33,348 nt of DNA from a virus (taxonomy: Duplodnaviria; Caudoviricetes): IMG/VR virus record IMGVR_UViG_3300033565_000069, positions 1-33,348 of that record. One strand, given 5' to 3'. Of the stretch, positions 16,538 to 25,162 are shown one piece after another. A program made the position numbers and the translations under genes. The notes under the pieces are model-generated. The model was given only the letters and a program-made list of their open reading frames with translations. It searched no databases and had not been told where the DNA came from. The first letter of the stretch is position 1. Every line of letters begins with the position of its first letter.

Positions 16538-19438
16538 TTAAAGCTCAATAATCTCAAGGTGACCTTGCTGAAATGCTTTTGGATATTGAAACCACTTCGA
16601 CCCATTATCAAAATTTACAAGCAACTTATCCTTGCTCATTGAAGATACAACACCTTTACCAAATTTATAATGAAGTACTATTGATCCAACTTTCAAACTT
16701 TGGTACCTTAATTTAGTTTTCGAAACTAAAGGCGCATTTGCATCAACAGAAAAACTTTGAACGCTAGAGTCGGGTGAATCATTACTGTTCTTCTCGACCT
16801 TTTCTCCTGAGATTTTCTTAGGATACTCAATGACGATTTGATCCGTATTACTACTTGCATCATTTTGTGATGAACCAAATTCAACAGTGTTTTTTTGCAG
16901 TTCTACTTTTGTGTTTGATAAATCGGGGCTGTTCTTCATAAATGAAAAATCATTTTGGTCAATAACTGTATCAAACAAACCAACTTTCTCACCTTCATGC
17001 TTATTTATACCAGAATAATTAAGACTTGCATCCTCATAACGTTTAAACTTATAAATTGCATCATTCATTAGTGGTGCATTGAATACTCCTAAGGACAAAA
17101 GTAATTCAAACTCTGGCACGTTCAATCCGGTAACTTTTTTGAACAATTCTGGTTCAAGCTGAATAATTACATCTTTTAACGACCTTTCTCTATAGTCTGT
17201 TAAGTACATAAATAATGGGATTCTTGTCGCAAATTTGATCAACTTATCTCTAATAATTTTTCTCTTTGACTTATATTCTTTCTCTTCATCGGACAACTTT
17301 TTCTTATCATCTTGATTGAGCTTTTCAGTTCCATCTTTTTTTGCTTTTTTGACATTTTCAGAACTATTTATTATTGCTTTAATCTCCGTATTTAGATTCT
17401 TAAAATCTTCAATCTTCATTAGTGCCTCTAGCGCTTTTTTACTAGTTAATAGTCTTTGTAATGTCTCATTATCAACATTAACGAGCAAAGGACTTTGCCA
17501 TCTTCGTGCAAGAAGTGTTGCAGATGTTCCCGCTAAAGAAATATCTAGTATTTCAGCTGCATTAACTTCCTTCATAGAACTACCATCATATGCTAATACT
17601 GGCAAAAAGCTGATGAATTCGCCGACTTTTTTTTCTGGATTCGACTCATTTATATTTAGCCGACAACTATAGTCTGCAATTTGCTTTAGTGCTCTATCAA
17701 GTGAAAAATCGAATATATAGCACTCCTTCTTTATTATTTCCCGCTTCCCATTCTCAAGTACTAAGTCCCAAGGACTTTGAACCCTAAAAGCCGCTTGAAA
17801 ATAAGTTTCTGGGCTTGATAAGTTTCTTAACATAAGAATCCCAGTCCAAGGCTTAACTGTTACTCCGGTTGTTAACTTACCGCAAGAGAGAGTAATAGTT
17901 TTAGTTTCAAGAGGATTATCCATTGTCTTTTGAACAGGGTATAGGGCATTTACTCCTATACCTGCTTTGCTACCAGCTGCCACAATTATTTTGTAATCTC
18001 TATAAAAGATGTTTTGTCGTTTTTTAAGCAAATTACTCATTGCATAACAAGACGATACGTTCGGCAAAAACCAGAAAGTGTGTGATAGAACATTAAGAAG
18101 TCTTACATCAGAAAATGGCATTGGTGGTTTTTGAGATCCATGTTTAAGTTCATCAATAGTTGTCTCGAAAAACGATCCTCTAATAAGGTCAAGCCACTTC
18201 TGCACATAAGTCTCATATATAAACTCAGAGTCCTCTGCTTTTCCCTTTGCAGAAAAAAACACATTGAGGTCAAACTCATTAAACTCCCCTTGAAGAGCAA
18301 TTCGCCTTATACTTTCAGGTACCTTGTAAGTCATAAGCACCATTCGAGGTAATGAAGCGTAAGGGTTGTTAGTTCCAGTCCAAGATTCCTTTGCTCGTTG
18401 CTCGTCGGAATAAGTCCAGTTAAAGATCTGATCTTCTATAAACTCTCCGGAATTAAGAGCTCTAAATGGTGTGCCGGATAGAAATAGATAGTGATTGGAA
18501 GTTATAGGTAAGAAGGATTCATTATATGCATTGTCAGCTTCAGTCTCTTTATATTTTTCAATGTCAAGTAAATCGAAATCGTCATCATTCTCATTAACAA
18601 ATAGATTCTTAGCATTATCTCTCCACGCGCCAAAATGATACTCATCGAAAATCACTAAGTCCCAATTGGTTGTGTGAACCCACTCATTTTTAGCTTTTAT
18701 ACCACCAGTTTCACGGTCGACACCTAAATAGTCTTGAAACGAACCAAAACAAACAATTGGCTTCTTTTTGTCAGCTTTTTGGTAAGTCAAGCCATGTGGC
18801 TTAATGAATTGCCAGCCTTCAAAATCAATATGAGTCATCAAATCTTCTTCCCAAGCAGCTTCTACTGCAGGTTTAAATGTTAAGACAAGAATTCTCTTAA
18901 ATTTCATACTCTGAGCAAGTTTATATGACGCGAAAGTCTTGCCAAAGCGCATTTTTGCGTTCCAAAGAAACTTTGGGCTTTGATTCGAGTCACTTTCTTT
19001 AGATTTCTTGAAGTATTCAATCGTTTTTTTAACAGCATCGGCTTGTTCAGGCCTAAGTGAAAAGTTGTTCGTCCGATTTTCGAAATTGTCAGATCGAGTT
19101 TTCACCGCTATTACTGCTGCCTTAACGTCATCAACTGTACACTTGAACCACTCTCCACCAACACGAGAGACATGCTTCAGTTTTAGAATTCGATGAACAT
19201 CATGATCAGTAAACGATGTACCATCACTATACATTGCCGATTCACGATAAACTATTTTATAAGGTGCTTTACCATCAGGTCTTTTTGTTGGATATTGTTG
19301 TGCAACTCTCTTCTCAACATCGACTAAAGTATAACCTATCTTTAAAAAACCCGCATACTCCGGATTAGAATCCTTATATGCATAAATCATTGGATTCACT
19401 TTAGGTCGAAGTGGGAAATAACTCTTACTTGCCATCAT
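16538..19438 (-). CDS. Restriction subunit: GIY-YIG/T5orf172 nuclease + SF2 (ResIII-like) helicase + C-terminal Tudor-like domain
   Basis: IYAY...LKIGYT...RVAQQ...GEWF; AKMRFGKT Walker A; FDEYH; LSGTP; YFQAAFRVQ. Confidence 0.88.
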   Translation of the reverse strand: MMASKSYFPLRPKVNPMIYAYKDSNPEYAGFLKIGYTLVDVEKRVAQQYPTKRPDGKAPYKIVYRESAMYSDGTSFTDHDVHRILKLKHVSRVGGEWFKCTVDDVKAAVIAVKTRSDNFENRTNNFSLRPEQADAVKKTIEYFKKSKESDSNQSPKFLWNAKMRFGKTFASYKLAQSMKFKRILVLTFKPAVEAAWEEDLMTHIDFEGWQFIKPHGLTYQKADKKKPIVCFGSFQDYLGVDRETGGIKAKNEWVHTTNWDLVIFDEYHFGAWRDNAKNLFVNENDDDFDLLDIEKYKETEADNAYNESFLPITSNHYLFLSGTPFRALNSGEFIEDQIFNWTYSDEQRAKESWTGTNNPYASLPRMVLMTYKVPESIRRIALQGEFNEFDLNVFFSAKGKAEDSEFIYETYVQKWLDLIRGSFFETTIDELKHGSQKPPMPFSDVRLLNVLSHTFWFLPNVSSCYAMSNLLKKRQNIFYRDYKIIVAAGSKAGIGVNALYPVQKTMDNPLETKTITLSCGKLTTGVTVKPWTGILMLRNLSSPETYFQAAFRVQSPWDLVLENGKREIIKKECYIFDFSLDRALKQIADYSCRLNINESNPEKKVGEFISFLPVLAYDGSSMKEVNAAEILDISLAGTSATLLARRWQSPLLVNVDNETLQRLLTSKKALEALMKIEDFKNLNTEIKAIINSSENVKKAKKDGTEKLNQDDKKKLSDEEKEYKSKRKIIRDKLIKFATRIPLFMYLTDYRERSLKDVIIQLEPELFKKVTGLNVPEFELLLSLGVFNAPLMNDAIYKFKRYEDASLNYSGINKHEGEKVGLFDTVIDQNDFSFMKNSPDLSNTKVELQKNTVEFGSSQNDASSNTDQIVIEYPKKISGEKVEKNSNDSPDSSVQSFSVDANAPLVSKTKLRYQSLKVGSIVLHYKFGKGVVSSMSKDKLLVNFDNGSKWFQYPKAFQQGHLEIIEL

Positions 19439-20960
19439 TTACTTCCCCAGACTCAATAGGCTTAATTATCTGCTCAATAAACAGAATTTCTTCATCCGAA
19501 AGATTATATTTTTTGTACAAGTCTGAATCTGTCCATGTTCTTGAGAAGTCAAGTTTTGGGACAAAGCAAAATTTATCTTTTGAAATGTGAATCGATGAAA
19601 TTGCTTGTAACAAAAGAAATCGTGCGAATTTTGACTGCAAGTAAACCGACAGGTTTGCTGCCTCTTTATGATCGCTAAAGTTACCTACTAATAAATAAGA
19701 GAAAGTGCATATTTCACCAGGTCCAAGAACCTTTGTGCGAGAAAGTACTTTAAATTGGCCATTCTTATCTGATTCATTTGCATGTTCAGACGTAACTTGG
19801 CTAATCATTAGTTTATATTTATCTATATAATCTAAACCTTGAGTAATTAGCCTTCTCGAAATGTATCCAACACCTTTGCTAGAATATAGCGTTAATGAAT
19901 TATTCGATTTTTTATCATCACCTCTAACTGAAGTATCTAAACCAAAGGGACTGATTGAGCTAACAATCTCGCCTAAGTTTGGCTCTTTCTTTTCTAAAAC
20001 CTTATGTATAATACTTATAGCTTCATTGTACCTAACGAGAACTGGAAATTCATTAAGTCTCCTTTTTTGAGTATTCACTTTCCCGTCATGTATATTTACA
20101 AACTCACAATCTCCATCGTAATTTCTATCCCACAAGAAGTAGCCTACTCCACCTCCTATGCTATTATCAGGGAAACAGTCTTTGGCATTAGTGAAATCCA
20201 CATATTTTCTTATGTGCGAATCATTAAGCATTGTTTTCCTAAATGAGTCTAGCCCCATACCTCCGGCAAACCAGCGAGATGGAATTATCATTGAAATATA
20301 TCTTGGTTTCAATTTCTTTGCTTGTTCTACAAATAAGTTATAAATAGGTTTAGCTTGTTTACCTGAACCACCAGTATCAAGTTGATAAGGGGGGTTACCT
20401 ATAATCACATCAAATTTCATTTTTAAATACTCCTCCATTTTTTCGATATGAATAAACTCGTATGCATGGGATTCAAGCTCGTTACTTCTACTATATTCTG
20501 ACTTTGGTGCACCACAGAATATACACTTTTCTTTTTCCCACTTATGGTTGATTCTAGAATAGCTAATGTTTCCAGATGGTGTTGAAAAAACTGAAACCGA
20601 GTATTTGCTATTTGGATATTTAGAGCAATAAAGACTTCTTCTACTTAAGAGTGAAGTCAATTCTGTTATCGCGTAGCCAAAAATCTGATTCTTGTAAATA
20701 TGCTCGATTCTATCTTGAAGTTCTGGTATTTCTTTTTGAAGTCCTACTAGCAATCTTTTGGCAATTTCGCGTAAAAATACTCCCGACTTACACGCAGGAT
20801 CAAGAAACCGAACATTTCTATCGCTCCATATTTCTGATGGCAACATATCGAGGATGTTATTAACTATTTCAGGTGTAGTAAATACTTCATCACTACTAAG
20901 ATTAGCAATGCAAGACAAGATGTCAGGATTGTATGTATTTGTGTAAAAATCATTAGTCAT
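19425..20960 (-). CDS. Eco57I-family N6-adenine methyltransferase with C-terminal target recognition region
   Basis: EVFTTP, FLDPACKSGVF (motif I), IIGNPPY (motif IV), IIPSRWF, DLYKKYNLS; overlaps the REase gene by 14 nt. Confidence 0.92.
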   Translation of the reverse strand: MTNDFYTNTYNPDILSCIANLSSDEVFTTPEIVNNILDMLPSEIWSDRNVRFLDPACKSGVFLREIAKRLLVGLQKEIPELQDRIEHIYKNQIFGYAITELTSLLSRRSLYCSKYPNSKYSVSVFSTPSGNISYSRINHKWEKEKCIFCGAPKSEYSRSNELESHAYEFIHIEKMEEYLKMKFDVIIGNPPYQLDTGGSGKQAKPIYNLFVEQAKKLKPRYISMIIPSRWFAGGMGLDSFRKTMLNDSHIRKYVDFTNAKDCFPDNSIGGGVGYFLWDRNYDGDCEFVNIHDGKVNTQKRRLNEFPVLVRYNEAISIIHKVLEKKEPNLGEIVSSISPFGLDTSVRGDDKKSNNSLTLYSSKGVGYISRRLITQGLDYIDKYKLMISQVTSEHANESDKNGQFKVLSRTKVLGPGEICTFSYLLVGNFSDHKEAANLSVYLQSKFARFLLLQAISSIHISKDKFCFVPKLDFSRTWTDSDLYKKYNLSDEEILFIEQIIKPIESGEVNDGK

Positions 20961-21627
20961 TGATGTGCACCTTCCTATAGTCTATAACCGGATATTCCCT
21001 AATAGGATTTGGGATAAATGCCTTCACCTCATTATCATATGACCAATCAGACATAAATATTGACATTTGTTCCTCATGTCCATCTAGCATTTCATCAAGG
21101 CGGTAATCTCGCCTTTTTACTAAAGAATCAGAAACGAAAGACCATTCAGAAAAAATAATAGGTGCACTTGAACTGGTCTTCAATGTTAAAGCATCCCCAC
21201 ATAGAATGTTTCGTTCTAGTATGTATTTTGCAGCATCTAGACAATCTAGTTCTGTATCAGTCTTGCAAATTTTAGAATAATAACTAGAAAATAATATATA
21301 TAGTCTTTCTCGGCACTCTATTACATTATCTTCTAGTAAATCTACACCATATATGCTAGTTAATGCATGAATGGCGTTCTTCTCAAAATCATACGAAATA
21401 GAACCATATCTTTCTTTCACTAAATTCAGTTTTCTTTTTAGAACTTCATATAGAAAATTTCCATTGCCACATGCAGGTTCAAGAAAACGACTATCAATTC
21501 GTCTTGTCTCTTGATCAACGAAATCAAGCATTGCATTTACCTCGCGTTCAGCCGTAAAGACTTCTCCATGATCAGAAACTCTCTTTTTGGACTTAGTTTG
21601 CTTTTCACTAAATGGTAAAGTTTTGAT
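20953..21627 (-). CDS. Short SAM-binding methyltransferase-like subunit (motif I, no NPPY); probable non-canonical start
   Basis: FLEPACGNGNF, IYGVDL, NILCGDAL; frame extends upstream of the ATG at 21531 with KSKKRVSDHGEVFTAEREVNA; AGGGGG RBS 7 nt before ATC at 21627. Confidence 0.75.
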   Translation of the reverse strand: MKTLPFSEKQTKSKKRVSDHGEVFTAEREVNAMLDFVDQETRRIDSRFLEPACGNGNFLYEVLKRKLNLVKERYGSISYDFEKNAIHALTSIYGVDLLEDNVIECRERLYILFSSYYSKICKTDTELDCLDAAKYILERNILCGDALTLKTSSSAPIIFSEWSFVSDSLVKRRDYRLDEMLDGHEEQMSIFMSDWSYDNEVKAFIPNPIREYPVIDYRKVHIND

Positions 21628-21685
21628 AATTATTCCCCCTTATCGAATAATTCATGAAATTTAGGTTTAAACTATTAACATTTTT

Positions 21686-21694
21686 ATTATATCA
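21686..21694 (-). promoter_or_regulatory. Extended -10 promoter of the defence operon
   Basis: TGaTATAAT on the minus strand, between the late terminator and the RBS. Confidence 0.55.
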
Positions 21695-21787
21695 TTCAAG
21701 TTCATACTGTTTCTTCAAGAATTTGTCAATTGTTAAGTCATATAAGTAATTTCAATACCGAAATAGTATTTGTACATTTTCCTGGAC

Positions 21788-21814
21788 AAAAAAACAGCTG
21801 CTTTCGCAACTGTT
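21788..21814 (-). terminator. Intrinsic terminator of the late operon
   Basis: AACAGTTGC-GAAA-GCAGCTGTT followed by a T run on the minus strand. Confidence 0.75.
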
Positions 21815-21923
21815 AACTAATATACAGAATTTCGATTTGCTCTTGATAGAGTTTCAAGCTTTCGCTTTTCACGATTTCTCTCTCGAGCTCACATAAACAA
21901 TGTATCCAGAATGACAGGACCAT
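21813..21923 (-). CDS. 36-aa small ORF (absent from the ORF track)
   Basis: AGGAGGTGA RBS; MVLSFWIHCLCELEREIVKSESLKLYQEQIEILYIS*; stop codon abuts the terminator. Confidence 0.55.
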   Translation of the reverse strand: MVLSFWIHCLCELEREIVKSESLKLYQEQIEILYIS

Positions 21924-21975
21924 TATCTCACCTCCTGTTACCTATCTATGCAACAAAAGATGGTTTCCCTAAACT

Positions 21976-22257
21976 TTATTTTACTTTTTGCTCGAGCGTA
22001 TCGATTCGACGATGTGCGGCTTTTGTTGACTCTTCGACGCGACCGATGCGCTCGGTGTTGCTGTTATGCTTTTCCTCGAGTTCGTCATGATCTTTGCGAA
22101 GACCGATGGCCATGTCAAGTTTCGCATTGACGTTTCCCTTCCATTCCGCGTCATTGCTGATCTTGGAGTCCCGGGCATGGATCCAACCGGCCAGCCCCAC
22201 AAAGCAACCTGCGATCGCAATAAGCACCGATAAGCTGAATGTGGTATCTGACGACAT
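21976..22257 (-). CDS. Lysis-module protein, 1 TM + coiled coil (XhlA/holin-accessory-like)
   Basis: N-terminal TM; C-terminal RIGRVEESTKAAHRRIDTLE. Confidence 0.7.
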   Translation of the reverse strand: MSSDTTFSLSVLIAIAGCFVGLAGWIHARDSKISNDAEWKGNVNAKLDMAIGLRKDHDELEEKHNSNTERIGRVEESTKAAHRRIDTLEQKVK

Positions 22258-22260
22258 GTC

Positions 22261-23040
22261 TTACCCCTTTCGTATCGAAGTTGGTTTGAAATAGGCAGTG
22301 ATATATTGTGATCCGGTTTCTCCAACCACTGCTTTGAGATTGATCGAACAACCGACCGAGTAAGGTGCTTTGGGGAGAATCTTGATAACCTTCATTCGAC
22401 GGTTCTTTAGATTTGCTGTGGAACCACCTGTTCCGAGACTAGTGCCCCTTCCGACCCCGGACACCAAGACAAGATCCCCGACTTTGATTTCGGACTGGAT
22501 CGATTCTTTTATGGGCTCGATGTACGTGATGTAGCTGTACTTTCCCCAGAATGCCCACTTGCGAATCTCATCGTTGGATTGGGTGACTCCCCATTTTTTC
22601 CATGCGGGTGTAGCTTCGATGTATTGGCGCTTTCCGGTGGCATCCTTGCCGATATAGACACCGACGTGCCCAAGGTTCTCCGTGAAGACAAGCAGCCCTA
22701 CAAGGTCTGGCATTCTGGCAAGGGGTCCTTTTTGTGGACAAGCGGAGTACATCATTTTAACATTCTGATCCGATCCCTTGGGGATGTTGTAAGGAACGAT
22801 CCCGGGCTTTTCTTCCCAGAGATACCCTTTGATCAAGCCTACGCAATCAAAGCAATATTTGCCGAGTCCAGCTTGGATCGTTTTGATGTTCTGGATCGTA
22901 TGCGGACAACGCAATTGATTCACTCTGCGATTGATGTTGGCTTGGGTGAGTAACCGACCAAACCCTCCCAACATATAGATCGTCGGGAGGGTGAGTTTGG
23001 TTTTACAGTAAGCGACTAGTCCTTCATTGGTTTTCGTCAT
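22261..23040 (-). CDS. Endolysin, NlpC/P60-CHAP-like cysteine peptidase + C-terminal binding domain
   Basis: FDCVGLIKGYLW (Cys), GHVGVYIG (His); IKVGDLVLV C-terminal domain; start at MTKTNEG. Confidence 0.85.
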   Translation of the reverse strand: MTKTNEGLVAYCKTKLTLPTIYMLGGFGRLLTQANINRRVNQLRCPHTIQNIKTIQAGLGKYCFDCVGLIKGYLWEEKPGIVPYNIPKGSDQNVKMMYSACPQKGPLARMPDLVGLLVFTENLGHVGVYIGKDATGKRQYIEATPAWKKWGVTQSNDEIRKWAFWGKYSYITYIEPIKESIQSEIKVGDLVLVSGVGRGTSLGTGGSTANLKNRRMKVIKILPKAPYSVGCSINLKAVVGETGSQYITAYFKPTSIRKG

Positions 23041-23395
23041 GAGGCGAATCCTCACTTTCATCTGCAGATAGGAATGCCAATTCATCCGGATCGATTTCTT
23101 GTAAATTCCAGATGTCTTTTTTGTCTGCGAAAGTCGTCATTTTCTCCCCCAGTAGACGGTAAATGGCTTCTGCCCCAATAAGAGAATAGAATCCGACCCA
23201 GACACAGGCAACCCAGTCATAACTGGCATAGTACCGGGACATGAGAATTCCCAATGCAACCGCTAGGATCGCGCTGAAGACTTCGACCCATGTACTATTG
23301 GGGAACCATCCTTTGACACGTTGAACGGTCGGGATGACGACGGCAGAGACCAGAATCGCGACGGTAATTTGTTGAAGCAAGAGTGTAGTATTCAT
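23024..23395 (-). CDS. Holin (3 TM, acidic C-terminal tail)
   Basis: Three hydrophobic segments; overlaps the endolysin start. Confidence 0.7.
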   Translation of the reverse strand: MNTTLLLQQITVAILVSAVVIPTVQRVKGWFPNSTWVEVFSAILAVALGILMSRYYASYDWVACVWVGFYSLIGAEAIYRLLGEKMTTFADKKDIWNLQEIDPDELAFLSADESEDSPHDENQ

Positions 23396-23412
23396 GTTTG
23401 TTCCTTTTCCTT

Positions 23413-24042
23413 TCACGAATTACTTTCTTTCCATTGAGACCCGTCCCAGATTTTGACCGGTTTTTCCAACCAGGAGGATCCATTGAAGACTTTGGCTGGT
23501 TTGGACTCAAAGACTGCTCCATTCCAGACTTTGACTTGGCTACCGGTCTTGTAGACGACCTCGACGTAGAGGGCTTCATTTGCCCAGGTATTGGTCACTG
23601 CAAAGGATCCGGGTGTCGAACGTGAGGCGTTGAGATAGTCTGTACTCTGTCCTGAAGCACCGGTTCTTGAGCCAAACCACAACGCTCGATTGGCATCCGC
23701 AGAGTTCCGTGCGAATCCGATCCAAAGTGGCGTACCGGCTACGATCTTGACGTTCTGCATCAGGAAGGTTACTTTGACCAGTTCGGAATACGTGTCCGTC
23801 GTGTTAGTTGGGGAGATCGAGTTTAGAGACTGAGCAATAATCGCTCCGGTGCTGCGATTCCAAATCTCTCCCCAGACAATCGGAATGGTCGCATCCGCAT
23901 ATCGACCTAAGTAGACCGAGAGTTGCAGAATGGTCCCATCCTCGGGCATGGTGGAGCGAAGTCCGACACAGGCGTAAGTGGATGATCCTCCCCAGCGTCC
24001 GTAGTTTGGAGCAGTTAGGTAGCCAAAGGTTTGGTTTGCCAT
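23413..24042 (-). CDS. Putative fibre-tip adhesin/receptor-binding protein
   Basis: Beta-rich, aromatic; three C-terminal K(V/I)(W/F)(N/D)G repeats; follows the fibre gene. Confidence 0.55.
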   Translation of the reverse strand: MANQTFGYLTAPNYGRWGGSSTYACVGLRSTMPEDGTILQLSVYLGRYADATIPIVWGEIWNRSTGAIIAQSLNSISPTNTTDTYSELVKVTFLMQNVKIVAGTPLWIGFARNSADANRALWFGSRTGASGQSTDYLNASRSTPGSFAVTNTWANEALYVEVVYKTGSQVKVWNGAVFESKPAKVFNGSSWLEKPVKIWDGSQWKESNS

Positions 24043-24059
24043 GTTACTGTCCCTTCCAC

Positions 24060-25145
24060 CTAGTTGGTGTCAATCCAGACATCTCCAGTGGCAGGCGATG
24101 TGGGTGCGACTGTCCCAACCGTGATCTTCTTTCCACCGACTTTGAGGGCATCCGCTGCTTGCGCTGAACTTGCCAACTTAGCATTTAACTGTGATTGAAT
24201 GCCAGAGGTCACTCCGGCCAACGTTCCCAACTCCACATTGGTGATATCACTGTTGGCGACTTTGCCATTTCCATCCGAAAGTAAGACTCGGTTTGCGGTT
24301 AGATTTCCCGAAGTAATGGTGGAAGCCGCTCCATTGATCGTCGCCTGCTTGGCGTTGAGCTGAGTTTGAATGGCAGAAGTCACCCCTGCAAGAGTCGCTA
24401 ATTCTGTAGTAATTACTGTGCTTATACCAACTTTGCCATTTCCATCCGAGATCAGGACTTTATTAGCGGAAAGATTGCTGACAGCAATGGTAGATGCTGC
24501 TCCATTGATCGTCGCTTGCTTGGCATTGAGCTGTGTTTGGATTGCGGAGGTGACCCCGCTCAACATCCCGAGTTCAACATTCGTCACAGGACTAACATCG
24601 AGTTCTCCGGACGCATCGGAGATCAGTGCACGATTGGGTGTCATGTAGGGGAGATTGGTGATCGTCGAAGACACAAATCCGCACACACTCGCGTCTGCAC
24701 GCGTATCGGTGATGTTTCCAGCTGAGATCGAACTTACCCCGGCGTTGACTTGAATCAGCGCTAAGGAAAGCTCGATACTTTCCGCATCCCGCGTAACACT
24801 GGGTGCGATGGGATTCGACGCTGCCACGCCTTCCTTGCGTACAATCGTCATACTCCGGGAGGCAAATTGCAACCGAATGACGTATCGATCAATGCGATTT
24901 AACACTGCATTCACCGGAATGATCTCGGTAGTGTCCGCGTCATTGATCAAGAAGTAACCATTGATCCAAGCTTTCCCAGCCTTGATTTTAAGCGTCAAGC
25001 CGGATGTTGCTTCGATCTTCAGACTTGTACTGGGTTCAGGGAAAACCCCACTCCCAATGAAGGCTGCGAAGTATTCCGCAAACTCTGCTGCAGAGTACAG
25101 TCGATCCCCAGCGACACTATTGAAGAATCCACTTCGTAGAGCCAT
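24060..25145 (-). CDS. Baseplate/tail fibre protein with three ~57-aa repeats
   Basis: SGFFNSVAGDRLYSA baseplate-anchor N-terminus; repeats L..N(R/K)VLISD..G...ELG.LAGVTSAIQTQLNAK with 171-nt spacing. Confidence 0.85.
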   Translation of the reverse strand: MALRSGFFNSVAGDRLYSAAEFAEYFAAFIGSGVFPEPSTSLKIEATSGLTLKIKAGKAWINGYFLINDADTTEIIPVNAVLNRIDRYVIRLQFASRSMTIVRKEGVAASNPIAPSVTRDAESIELSLALIQVNAGVSSISAGNITDTRADASVCGFVSSTITNLPYMTPNRALISDASGELDVSPVTNVELGMLSGVTSAIQTQLNAKQATINGAASTIAVSNLSANKVLISDGNGKVGISTVITTELATLAGVTSAIQTQLNAKQATINGAASTITSGNLTANRVLLSDGNGKVANSDITNVELGTLAGVTSGIQSQLNAKLASSAQAADALKVGGKKITVGTVAPTSPATGDVWIDTN

Positions 25146-25162
25146 GTTTCAACTCTCCTTCC

